NCBI GenBank assembly: GCA_053919585.1
Contig: CM132808.1
DNA: 64,000 bases
Source of the DNA: Euprymna scolopes
Taxonomy: Eukaryota
Direction: 5' to 3' (one strand)
Position 1 is the first letter of the stretch. Every line of letters starts with the position of its first letter. The notes below the pieces were generated by a model. That model did no database searches. It was not told the DNA's origin and was given only the letters and a program-made list of their open reading frames with translations. This document shows, in pieces, positions 52,056-64,000 of this stretch. The position numbers and the translations under genes were made by a program.

Positions 52056-55000
52056 CAGTGTTGCCAATTTTAAAAACCCGCTAGATCAGGGATATAAAAT
52101 TTCTAGAAAATCGCTTTTGTCGTCTGAAATTTTCCAAAATCATTGATTTGAAGAAAAAAAAAAAAAAAAATCTCCATAAACACCGTATTTCAACTTCCTA
52201 CCCTGCATAAAAATATTATGAATATTATATTCATTCTACAAAAGGTTTCGTGTCTTCTCACTATATATTTCTGGAATTATATTGAAGCGGTTGCCGGTTA
52301 GCTCATTAGAAGGCTTTAACATTTTATCAGCTAGTTTTACCTGTGTTACTTGTTTTGAAGGAAACCAATCATAAAATCACAGTGTTAAAAATATACATTA
52401 AAATTAAATATATTACAAATTAAACATTACAATAATGGCGTACCTAAATATTGCATATTGCTGAATAAATTCTCTGTAAATATCGGATTAATTAATATTT
52501 GCAAAATAAATTTTTTTTAAAAATCCGTAAAACATAGGCACTAAATTTATACTTGAATTTATTGATAGATTTGTAGTGGACTGGTGGATATATTATATAT
52601 ATCCCCCAGTCGTACAAAATATGAAAAATGAATTGTCTTGAGAAAGAAAAATGAATTGCTTTGAGGAAGGAACGAACAACGTGTTTACTTGAATTAAACA
52701 AACAGGAATTTATTTTGTGAAGAAACAAGTGAAAGAAAAGGGTACTACACGTGTTTAGTTTGGCGTGAGTCTCTTGCTGTTTACTGGTGAGAAGGAAAGT
52801 CTATTGTCGTAGAGAGAAAAAGAGAGAAAGCCAATCCAGTTTGGTGTGCGTCTCTCACTGTGAGCTGGTGAGGAGGAAAGTCTATTGTAGTATAGAGAGA
52901 GAAAAAGTCAATCCAGGTCATGGAGATAGAAAACGTATAAAGTGTACATACTGTCTGTTAGCTCGTGCCCCATACATAGTAGCAGGGGATGTGACGCGCG
53001 CGAGCGAGCGCGCGCGCACGCCTCCCAAAAGGGAGGCGGCTGGTTCGCCACACCTCTCAGCTTGAGAGCTGGTCCAAAAAGGGAGATGCTGCTTATTGCT
53101 CTTGCTTTTATAATTGTTTCCGGTGGTCTTTTGTGCATGTGTGGATATCTTTTGAAAGGGGAAGTGACGTTTCCCATGTGTGCGTATGTGTGCATGTATA
53201 TGTGAAGTACATGTGTGTACGTTAGCGTGTGTGTGTGTGTGTATACACATGAATGTGAGTGTATATACGCGAACGTGAATATATCTATTTGTGTGTACAT
53301 GTGCGCGTATGTTTGTGTGCACGTATGTATATGACAAGAAATATGGCTGGCGATGTGAACGCGTGTTTTTGTGTGAGACTACGAAAGGCTCCCACAGATT
53401 CTTTAACTATTTTGAATGGGAGATTGTGGAAGGTAGGTAAAAATGGCACAAATGTATAAATGGGGGAAAAAAGCACTAGATGAAAATCTTTGAGAATATA
53501 TATAAAGGTATACCATTAAGTTTGTCAATTTAAAAAAATAAGTTATATCTATATTTAAAAGCAGATGAGAACCCTTAGCTATCCCCCTCCAAAAAATGAG
53601 ATTGTACTTTTTTAGGCGATTACGTGTGAATATTTTGAAAAAAATATTTTAGAATTTAATGTGGGGGATCGTTTTTCACATAAATTTATTAAAATGATCC
53701 CTCGTTTATAGTACATTCTAACTTTTTGGGAACGGTAACTAATCTTTAATATATGTCTAACCCCAAGCCTGACTCGCAATGTCGTAAAACCACCCAAAAA
53801 TCCCCTTAAAAAGTAAAACATGCAGAATTCATCTACCATAACAAAAAAGAAAAGCATGCTTAACAGTCTTGAGTCCCAAACCGTTAAAAAGCCGTAGAAA
53901 TAAGGGTGCTACATGACATTAAATTGGACAGCATTTTTCATGCCCATCGCCATTTACAATCGAGTATATTTTTTGTCTCTTCTGAATATTTTAAAAATGA
54001 AACAAAAATTGGATTTAAATATTTGCCAGGTTTACAATATCTTTTTATTTTGGGTTTATTTATATTATTTTTACTTTTCCAAACAAAATTAGCGTTAAAA
54101 TAATATCTGTTCTGATACTATACTTTATTTTTTCTGTCCTTGGTCATTGAAATCCTTTAAGATTGAGAATTTAAAAAAAGATGTTGCCTCAATCCACAGT
54201 TCCTCGTTTTGGGGGGTAGTGGGTTTTCACTATTGACCTTTGCTATCGTAGGAAGGCGAGTAAATTTTTTTTTTGCAGTGGAAAACTTTGGTTGTTTATG
54301 CTTGCTCAAAAATAAACGCAATAAAGTTTGCTGAGGTGTTTACATATGCTGCATCTTAGAAAAGGTGGTTCACTCTGAAAATTAAATGGAATAATAAATG
54401 TTGAAAAAATAAGTAAAATCATGAATGTTGACTCTTTGGGGAGGCAAGTAAGTAGGAACAACACAATCATTTGTTAAAGTGTAGAATAATAAACAGTCGA
54501 GAAATTGTAAACAATAACAAAAATCAACAAATACCTTATACCAAATGCAGTAAAATCCAAGTATCATTTATACATGCTGACACGGTGCTTAGATTTTTTT
54601 TTTTTTTTCATTTCTTTTAAGTGTTTTTACAGGAAATAACTGGTTGCTTGTCGCTTAATCATTGGAAACATCATTCTTGAAAAATTGTATAAAAAATTTA
54701 TGACGACCACTAACTCTAAATTTGGGAGTGCAACTCTAACTTGGGGTTAGTGGGAGAATAAGTTATTTGTTTACAATTTTTGAGGAATTAAGCCTCCCTA
54801 CCCGTTAACCGATAAGTGACCATTTGTTTATTTTTTTATTCAGTGTGTTTGAACAACATTCTGAAATTAGAAAAAAAAAAACGTAATTTTAGCACATTAA
54901 AAGTATACAGGTTGGTATATAATTAAATTCTACTGCGTTTGGTATAAGTTTTTTTTTGCTGTTCTTGCTTGATTTTTACAATTTTTGACTGTTAGCTTTT

Positions 55001-56359
55001 CTACACTTTAACCAAGTTGTAGCAACCGCTACATATGACCAGAACAAGTCTTTGACAGGAACATTTTCGTAGCAATCACCGTTTTCAATACCCACACGTA
55101 TCAGAACGCATAAGTACACAGCATTGCGATTTGACCACCTGCACACCTGAAACAAAGGGATTATGTTACGTTTCGACATATAGTGATACAGCAAACAGGC
55201 TGGAACGTTCAAGAACATTGTTATGTAATGATTTGCCACAAAAATCAAATCATTTTATTCCAGTTTTTCTCTTGTCTTCCCCAAGACTGGATATCAATGA
55301 AACTCTGCCACTGATAGGCGTTTAAATCCCCCGTCTTGAATTTGCGTGCCACAGACATGAACCTTAATTCTCATCATGGACAATTACCACATCGAACGAG
55401 AAATTAATTCTTCCTTTAAACAATGTTATTTTGAACTACTGTTTTCTTATGTGATGAACACGCACACACACACACACACACACACAAAAAAAAAAAAAAA
55501 TTTCACTTACATGCTTTAAATGAATGTTTTTGTCTCAAAAAATAATTGCATTGATTTCAAGCCACGTGTGACACTCTGTTCATAAAAATCAGACATTTTA
55601 GGCTTCATGCTATTCTTACGAAACCCTCATTTAGCTAGTCCTGCATAATAAACACTCATTACAAGAAAACACTTATATCAAGTGTTATTTTCCGGAGATA
55701 TTTCTATATTTTTATTTTATGTATGTGAGGATGTGATCTGGTGACACCTTTCTATTAATCGCCGATCTCGTTAAATTTACCTATAAAGGTTGTGCAAATA
55801 CTCTCCTACTTTCGACTTCAAAAGATTCCTGCACTTGCAACCTTGGTCCTAAAAATTAATAGGTCCCGACTCATACCCTTACAAATTAGTGACTCCCGGC
55901 CAGAGTACCTAAAAGTGATAACCCCTCTACGGCATGAGTTACTATAAAGTGAATAAATACTTTGAAATTAAGGAGAGTGCTTCTTAGATTATTTTTTAAA
56001 CAACAGAGGTTGGAACGTCCCCTCCTCCTCCTAAAATGTACTTGGAAAAATCGAATTTATAGCGAGTTTTAAGAATTGCTTAGCTGAGAAAAATGGTGAA
56101 AAACATAACAGTCAATAAATAATTGTTACTAAAAACAATAAATGTTACTTTTCTACCTACATGAATGAGTTTAATTTATGTTTTAAAGTATTTTCAAGCG
56201 CTTTTCTTTATTTATTAATCTAAAACTGCGGGTGTGTGAGTGTCAAATATCTCTAGATTTTCTAGAAAAAACCGCTAGCCGCTAAATTAAAAATTTCCCC
56301 GCTAGATTGCAAACGAAATTTCCAGATCTAGCGATAAAATCGCTAAATTGTCAGCATAA
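52056..56359. mobile_element. Old TIR element relic (CAGTGTTGCC end, hAT/P-like)
   Basis: CAGTGTTGCCAATTT at the left, degenerate AAATTGTCAGCATAA at the right, CGCTAG(A) repeats clustered at both ends. No TSD or recognisable ORF. Confidence 0.4.
52572..53396 (-). mobile_element. Solo LTR (Gypsy-like, 825 bp)
   Basis: TGT...ACA termini, 4-bp TSD GATT on both sides, minus-strand TATAAAA (53112-53106) followed by AATAAA (52714-52709), internal duplication of about 80 bp. Confidence 0.8.
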
Positions 56360-56609
56360 CAGACTTCACTTTGATATAAGGAACTTTTTTTTGTTTAAGT
56401 TTAATATCTCTCTCGCGCGCGCGCCCTCCCTCCCTCCCTCCCTCCGTCTACGACAACAGAAACAGACTACTTTTATTTTCTTTATTTTTCAATTTATCTT
56501 GCTTTGCAAACTCAATTTTCCTGCTTCAAAACAATCGGTAAATTTTTAGTTTACCGACCCCTCGCCATTCATCTCTAATTTGTTGACTTTTATAGGTTTT
56601 CGGAGACGC

Positions 56610-57746
56610 TATCCATTGAAAGCGTACGGTGGTTATATGAGAAAATAAAGCTGTGTACGCATTATAAATGTTTCTTTTCTGTGGCTTATGTTATACATTA
56701 GTACATTAGGGATCATTTCGAGTTAAAAGTTTATTTACTGCACCCATCTGAACTAGAGAAAATCATGATTTAAATGTGTATGTATCGTGTAAATAACTAA
56801 CGATAAATATCTAATATGGTCAACAACCACTCAACCAGACGGGTGATCAAAAAGTCAGATCGAGCGTACCGGAAAACGAAATGAGACCAAATTGACAACT
56901 GGCCTTTTTTTTTTTTTTTTTTTTTTTGGCTTGAACTTTGCGCTTTTCGGATTATTTGGTTATGTTTTACTTTCTTGGTGGATTTTTTTTTTTTTTGCCG
57001 TTTTTTGGGGCGTAAATTTAAATAATGATTTTTTTCTAGTTCATATGGATGCAGTAAACAAACTTTGGTTATCCTGACGCTCCGCACTCCTTTGTTTACC
57101 TCGGAAGTGACGTCACACCAATCTTATAATAGGATCGGATGGCTATAATTGTAAAAATAATTTGTTTTATTTTTCTTTCATTTTGAGCTCCTTTTTTCTC
57201 CCGTTTGTTTTTGTTTTCTACAATTAATAAACCAGTTTACAAGTAAAAAATAATTTGTTTTACTTTTTGGGAGAAAAAAAAGTTAAATTCTCCGCTGTGT
57301 TAGTAATTAAAAACTAAAACAAATTCTCAAAATGAAAAGAAATGTTAGATTCTCCGCTCAAATACCAATATAACAAATGGGAGAGAAGAAAAAAAAAATT
57401 AAATTCGCTACTGTGTTGGTAATTAAAAAGTAAAACAAATAATTTGTTTACTTGTAAACTGGTTTATTAATTGTAGAAAACAAAAACAAACGAGAGAAAA
57501 AAAGGAGCTCAAAATGAAAGAAAAATAAAACATTATTTTTACAATTGTAGCCATCCGTATTATAAGATTGGTGTGACGTCACTTCCGAGGTAAACAAAGG
57601 AGTGCGGAGCGTCAGGATAACCCAAACTTTTAACTCGAAATGACCCCTAATGTACTAATGTATAACATAAGACACAGAAAAACATTTATAATGCGTACAC
57701 AGCTTTATTTTCTCATAACCACCGTACGTTTTCAATGGATATTACC
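56610..57746. mobile_element. Family E foldback MITE, left tip lost
   Basis: TATCCATTGAAAGCGTACGGTGGTTAT... is inverted at ...ATAACCACCGTACGTTTTCAATGGATATTACC. Confidence 0.85.
57067..57622. mobile_element. Family D palindromic MITE inserted in E
   Basis: GGTTATCCTGACG...CGTCAGGATAACC with perfect 8-bp TSD CAAACTTT (57059-57066, 57623-57630). Confidence 0.93.
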
Positions 57747-58063
57747 TACGCGGAGAACTAATATCGCATTTATTTTTTTTTGCGCAAACACGCAGTTATC
57801 CATATTTGAAAACATTAAGTATCCAACGTAATCCTTATCATTTTTAATGGCGGCCATCTTGTTTTTCAATAGCGAAAAATCGCCAAAAGAAGCTAAATAT
57901 GCCACGTGTAACTGGAATCCCCCCCTCCTCACAAAAGAAAGTAAGGTTTATTGGAGGGGGATGTGGTAAATTCCAAGAAATCTTGAGCGAAAGGAAAGAA
58001 CGTAAAGAAAAGATCACAAATAAAAACAGTATTTAGAATAGTATTTATTAAAACAAATTAAAA

Positions 58064-58640
58064 GGTAAATATTATCTTTCGCTACAACAGAACACCGACC
58101 ACTAATTTGTTTTTTTGTTTTTTTTTAGGGGTATTCGATGTTGCAGGCCACAAATCTGATAATCAAATCCGTCGCAAGTTTACGGTTTGCATGGTATTAA
58201 CCCCTTTTAATTGATCTAAAAAACAAAAAATAAATAAGTTTTCACGAGCTGTTTACAAAAGCATATTTTGTTTTTAGTTCATTTTTGGGGGGGGGGGTAT
58301 TCAAATATAGAACTTGTGTACTTTAACAGGTGCTCCTGCAGTTTAATTAACCGTTTTTCCATGGAGGGACAGAGGCGGGAAATGGAAAAACGGTTAATTA
58401 AACTGCAGAAGCACCTGTTAAAGTACACAAGTTCTATATTTGAATACCCCCTCCTCCCTAAAATAACGAAAAACATAAAACATGCTTTTGTAAACCGCTC
58501 GTGAAAACTTACTGACAGCAATATTTTTACTCTTAAATGAGGTGAAAACTTTATTTTATCAAAAATATTTCTTGTCATTTAAAATGTCCGCCATGTATTC
58601 ATGCACCTTGTGAAACGGCAAGTGACTACGCGCGTGCGCG
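58064..58640. mobile_element. Family G fragment with a long central hairpin (58235-58511)
   Basis: GGTAAATATTATCTTTCGCTACAACAGAACACCGACC start; near-perfect inverted repeat centred near 58372. Right boundary approximate. Confidence 0.7.
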
Positions 58641-59286
58641 CATTTTAGTAAAAAAGTGAAAAAGATGAATATAATTAAGAAAGTGAAAAAATTAATGTTC
58701 ATTTTTATATCGGGAAGCGGAAAAATGTTTTGGGGATCATGTTTTGGCTCCGTTTGTCTGTTTTTGGCGTTTTTTTCCTAAATGGGAAACAAGATGGCCG
58801 CCAGCAAAAACAATAGTGATTACGTTGGATACTGAATGTCTTCAAATATGGATAACTGCGCATTTGCGCAAAAAATAAATGCTATATTCGTTCTTAGTGT
58901 ACCCGAAAACCATTTAAGTCGACAAATTAGAGGAGAATGCCGAGGAGTCGGTAAACTAAAAAAAAAATACCAAACAATCTAATCCGAGTTCAATGGATGA
59001 CCGAACGATTTACTTTTTTCTCTCTCTCTATTTTTTGTATTAAACAATACGGACCTACATTTTACCAAATTTTTATTTTGAATTTAGGAATTGAATGAAT
59101 TTAAGAAAACTAGTCAGCGGAAAATGGGCAATTTTAGCAAGGTAGAAAAATTAGGAAAGTATGGAATAAATATCGATTGGAAATAGATTTTAAGATTGTT
59201 CTAGTTAAAAGTCTCTCTTCTAGCGAGAGGACTAGATTTTTCACCATCAGACCTCAACTTGACATTGCTAGACGGTTAAATATGCA

Positions 59287-59628
59287 TCTATTATTTATAG
59301 TACAGTTGTCTCTGTGTGTATGCAGGTATGTCCAGCTAAGACTAAAAGAAAACTACAAAACTAACACCCACAAAGTTAGTATATTCTTGATCAGCATTGC
59401 CTTTGATGAATACTATCTAAAAATTTAGAAAAGAATTAGTAGTAGTAAAGTTTTGTTAGGGGGCTGGGAGTAGGTCGTTCAGTTGTATTATGTGATAATT
59501 CATAAAGATGATGATGCTGACGCAATTCTCGAGGAGTCTTATCAAATGGAGAGTTGTTTGTGTGTATGTTCAGCTAGAGAGGAATGTACAGAGCAGAGTA
59601 GAAAGAGAAGGGTAAAACAGGGTGGGGA

Positions 59629-59660
<32 letters not shown>

Positions 59661-59718
59661 AAAGATAGAAGTTTAAATAAAAATACTTTCCCTGGGCGAT
59701 GCTGAGTAGCTGTGCTAG
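59287..59718 (+). mobile_element. Non-autonomous Helitron-like element
   Basis: Starts TCTATT after an A; ends with a decayed hairpin CCTGGGCGATGCTGAG...CTAG before a T. Confidence 0.55.
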
Positions 59719-59721
59719 TAC

Positions 59722-59752
<31 letters not shown>

Positions 59753-60699
59753 CTAAAATAATTTTCGTAAAATAAGAAATTTAGTTAATTCCAAAAGTCT
59801 ACGTAGCAGTAGCATGTTCTTAATGAGGACACAAAACTATTGCTTTCGAATTTTAACAGCGGTAAACGACAATGTGGCCGTCGTAAAAATAAATAAACTC
59901 AACGATGGTGGTAGTAACCACCTTGTAAAAATTCACACCCTTCCCCTTCACGGGTGTTCCTAAAGAAAAGGACCATTGTGTAGGCTTTTAGGAAGAATTT
60001 GATAGTTTATGTCGGTCACAGCCTGTATAATTATTAAATTTTAAATAAAATGTGAAAAGCACGAGTTCTTTAGACGAAAAAAACAAAACAAAACATCGGT
60101 GGGGAAGCGAATATAATGGAAGAAGAAGAAGAGGGCGACATTGGAGCGAGCAGTTTAATAATACGTTTAACAATAAATGTCTGAAATGGGAAGGGTTAAA
60201 GACTAAGGAGGTAATGTGTTCACGCATTGATAAAACATATTTCTCCGGTTATCATCAGTGAATAAAAAAGAAAAGAAAGAGCGGGGGCATAGAAAATAAG
60301 CTCGGTGGTTATTCTTTTCTGTTACGAACGAGTGACGCGTACATACTGTGCGTTATAATGGACAGGTTGCTTCGCCACTTTTTGCGTATTAAATCAACAC
60401 CTTTGATAGTGAAAACTGCCTTTTCAAGTAATACGAAAAGTAAGACTGCAATCGTTAAAAGATAGTTGAGCATTTAGCTTTAAAAAACCGTATGGGAAAC
60501 AGGGGCCTCCAGTTGTCACTGTAAACTCGGTGACGTTATAATTTTTTGAGTTATTCAATATCGACGGACGATTAAAAATATTTAACGTGAATAATGGAAG
60601 TTGCGACTTTTGCTATTTTGTTTTGTTAGATTTTGATATTTACACATAAATATTTAAAAATTATAACTTTATATCTTTTAATAGATATAATATTTGTGT

Positions 60700-61960
60700 A
60701 AATCAAGAAAGTGAAGGAAGCTGGGTCCCATTCCCCTCTTGCCCCAAAGAAAGATGACAATCACTCCCGCTTAGGTCCCCCAACACCTCTACCCTTGAAC
60801 AGAACACGCCTTCCCTTTTTACTCCCCTCATGCAAAACAAAAGAAGATGATGGTTTCCTTACTACAAGCCAAACTTCTCCGTCTCACATTAAGACAGAGA
60901 AAACTCGTAAGCTCCCCTTCCTTCCGGGGGGAGGGGGGATATAATCTATGATGTAAACCCCCAGCATGCTGTAGCAGATATCACTGCCCAACAAAGGGGC
61001 ATTATCAAACCACTGCAGCTCTTTACTCAAGCCCAGGGATTAGATGTTACCAATCCCAAGAACTTTCCAGACGCTCCACCTAGTAAGAACATTCGTGGTG
61101 CACAAAGAAAAAGAGGGCCCATGAAAGCTGTTTAGAAGATGATTGAGGCCGCCAGACGGGCTATCCCAGGTCTGAAAATAGATGGAAGAGGGGCATATAT
61201 CCCTGACCCAGTTAGAACCACATTGTTAGGGAAGGGTCCCTATATTCATCCACCCTTCGTCTTCTAGGGTCCTCAAACTAACTTTTCCTTTGGATGTTGG
61301 AAGACAGACGAAATTTGTCTGACCTGCTTATTAGCAGTCTCGGCCAATCTTGTAGCATCCTGACTCCTGGGGATTTCAGGTTTGATTAGGTAAAATGGCC
61401 ACATACTTAAACTTGGTTAGTTTAAATACAGCGGGCATGAGGTGCAAAAGCAAGGCTGTTCATGTGCTGAAGGACCTTATGTCCTTAGACATAGATGTGG
61501 CTGTGTTACAGGAAACCTACTATGATTCGATTGATGATCATCAACTGCTGTCGGGCCATTTCAATATCTTTTCTGCATTTGGTAATCGGCAAGCTAGGGA
61601 GGTTTCTCTGTTAATAAATCACACTCTGCCTGTAACGGTGAATGTTGTGGACACTGATTCCGATGGCAGATTGATCGTGGCTGATGTTGTAAACAATAGG
61701 AAGTTTTGAATCATCATGGTTTATGCACCCAATTTAGCTCAGGAGAGGGTGCTCTTTTTTCAGCAGTTGGAGGCATTTCTCGGTAGATTTTAATTTTAGT
61801 TGGGGACTGGCATGCCGTCCTTGATCCCCAAATAGGGGTGGTGGTGCTAGTAGATTGGGAGGGTGTGAAAGCAATCTGTCTGACCTGATGGCCAATTGTA
61901 TTCTGATCGATAGATTTTGCATTGATCACCCCAGGTGTAGATGTGGACATGAACTTCTAC
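60700..61960 (+). mobile_element. Tx1/L1-clade LINE fragment (ORF1 end plus APE endonuclease)
   Basis: SLNTAGMR, DVAVLQET, DSDGRLIV, VYAPN and LVGDWHAVLD motifs with stops and frameshifts. 5' boundary approximate. Confidence 0.75.
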
Positions 61961-63072
61961 AGCCTTCAGTAGATAGTTATGGGAATGAGTCATGTCCGCC
62001 ATTTATTTTAGGTGTTAAAATACCCCCAGAATGCCCTTTCCAACATAATTATTTTTTTCTTCAGCCCACCCTGATGGTACTTATTATGGAGGTCATTCTC
62101 CCCCGATTCTCTCTGCCTTCCTAAATAACTTTGATTTTTATTTGATTCACTATATGGAATAAATATTGTTTTCTTATAATGGAATGCATTTGTTTTCTCT
62201 TTGTTGAGTCAGGGTTTAACTGACTGTCTAGGCAAGATGCTAATTAGCATTTTGATCAGAGCTGCACAGATGTAACCACGTCCAAGATGGATATATTTGC
62301 ACACTCTTCTGTATTCCTGAGTTTGATACAAATATTCCTGAGTTTGACAAGATGCACCTAAAGAAGGTTGAAGGTTACATTGGTTGAAACATTGTGAGAA
62401 TAGTATCCAAAACGAGAATAATTGTGGTGATATTATGGCTCCCAGGAAAAATCAACTGACTTTGCTGGTGGATTTTCACAAATTTTCCCAGTTGGCTTGA
62501 ACAGACTAGCTAGTAAAAAAAAAGAGAGTCCCAAAAATCAATTCGGGTGTTACTGACAAATCGCTGACAGATATTCTTACAGTGAATTCTGGAAAGTTAT
62601 TTAGGTAAAGAAAAGAGAGAGAAAAAATGATGGCATATGATTATTACATAAAAGTAAATGAAAAATAAAACAGAGAAAAGTTGTAGAGGGCAGACAAATA
62701 ATGGTTCAATATAAACAAAGGCTTTGAGATGATCAGAGAGAGTCTCCTTATCACTGCCAACAGGAATCCACGTCGCCAGAAATCGCCAACTTTCTCCAGA
62801 TGAACTTAGAAAAAGTGTCAACTTGAAACAGAGACTCTAGCCATCCAAAACGTATTTCTTAACTTAGAAAGAGGTATAAGCTATACATTCTTTCTTTTTA
62901 GTTAGGGATTGCATTTAACTTGTAATCGACCGTCATTGCGAACAATAGTCTGTGAGTTACATAATTGCAAAAAATACTTTGAGAGTTATCCAACGTTGTC
63001 ATATCATCACGATAATGTTGTATAAGAAAGAGAATTGTTTCTATTAGAGACATAATTGCTTTTCATACTAAA

Positions 63073-63649
63073 CTAGCAGGGGTACCTGGCATTGCCCGGG
63101 TGTTTGGAGGTGTAAAAAAATAAAAAGTGTTTCAAACTCGGAAAAGAAAGTGAAAGAAAACCTGAGATCAACATGATGCTACGAGGCCATAGGAAGTGAA
63201 AAGTGTTGAAATTTAGCAATGTCAATCAAAAAGTTAACTTGTAGGAACGAATGTTGGCTGAAGGCCAGTTCAGCCTTCTGCCGAAACCAAGCTCCCCCAA
63301 AAAAGAGGGGACTCTCAAATGAATAGCAATTGTCTGATATGAAGGGTTTTCCTCACATTAATCAAAGCTAATTGCTTTCAAGATGTCCCAGCACAAAAGG
63401 CCGAGAAACTACCTTCGCTTTCAATTCAGTTTCACTTTTATATAAAAAAAAACACCAACAAACACATGAGGGGATGAATTTTATAAAAGTCGATCAAAAT
63501 AAATCTAGAGACAACGTCCCTTCGCAAATCGTAGATATTATGATTGGGAGTATATAAAAAGTTCTAAAGAATAGTACCCCCCACCCCACCCCACCTCAAG
63601 AACGACATACAAAAACATGCGCAGCCGTTTTGTCTTTTATATATATAAA
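63073..63649 (-). mobile_element. Non-autonomous Helitron-like element
   Basis: Minus strand starts TTTATATATATAAAA and ends CCCGGGCAATGCCAGGTACCCCTGCTAG|T (terminal hairpin plus CTAG). Confidence 0.6.
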
Positions 63650-64000
63650 TCCCGTGTTGGTCACGTGTGTCGCATAATCGTTTTACATCTCTTACGTGTG
63701 CGACTTTGAAATATTTATTTAAAATTAAAATCTTCAATGTATGTGCATTTATTCATTTGTTCTCTCTTTTCCCTGACCGTTTGTTGCAGAAACAGATTTC
63801 AGAAAACCATAAAATTTTCAGATATTATTTTCTTAGAAGCAAATAACAATTTGAAAACAACATTGATGTTGTATTTATCCCGAGAAAAATGTGTAGCAGC
63901 TGTTGTTGGTAACGTCGTTCTTGTCATCATTGTTGCTGAGTATAGTTTATTCATTTCGTATAAATCAGATGATTATTATTGACATTTATTTCTCCAATAT

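Larger units (their letters stand above)
56537..58971. mobile_element. Family F TIR element containing nested E, D and G
   Basis: GGTA...TACC ends, TIRs of about 190 bp (left arm split by E), perfect 8-bp TSD AAACAATC (56529-56536, 58972-58979). Confidence 0.9.

Noticed and set aside
53019-53038. CGCCTCCC-AAAA-GGGAGGCG hairpin as a second histone stem-loop
   Set aside because: The 8-bp stem lacks the histone consensus, no histone ORF is upstream, and it lies within the solo LTR.
52787-53476. Cluster of overlapping ORFs
   Set aside because: They arise from (CA/TG)-rich low-complexity LTR sequence and show no protein motif.
54976-55400. Possible transposase remnant inside the CAGTGTTGCC element
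   Set aside because: No catalytic or family motif could be recognised.

Overview
AT-rich invertebrate genomic DNA. A mollusc, possibly a cephalopod, is my guess from the repeat types only. There are two host genes. The first is the last three coding exons of the P5A-ATPase ATP13A1 (+ strand; 2436-2547, 7995-8138, 15821-15928). The second is a solitary, intact, intronless H1.0/H5-like linker histone gene (- strand, 45627-46136) with a TATA box and a 3' stem-loop. The rest is mostly transposon-derived and falls into two compartments. From 1 to 27.4 kb, decayed retroelements dominate: I-clade LINEs, two CR1-group LINEs in inverted orientation around the last ATP13A1 exon, mariner/maT relics, an old LTR element, and a full-length RTE LINE whose 5' end is an HDV-like ribozyme. 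From 27.5 to 59 kb there is a dense, deeply nested set of foldback/MITE elements with GG...CC ends and 8-bp TSDs (Merlin-like), an 8.6-kb hAT element, a solo LTR, and a BEL/Pao fragment whose integrase tail is fused in frame to a TAF3-like PHD finger. The most interesting observations are the integrase-PHD fusion, the RTE ribozyme whose cleavage site coincides with the TSD-defined element end, the self-nesting GG/8-bp foldback group carrying ETS-CRE/FOX/YY1 motifs, and the orphan H1. All calls were made by eye; no searches were run.
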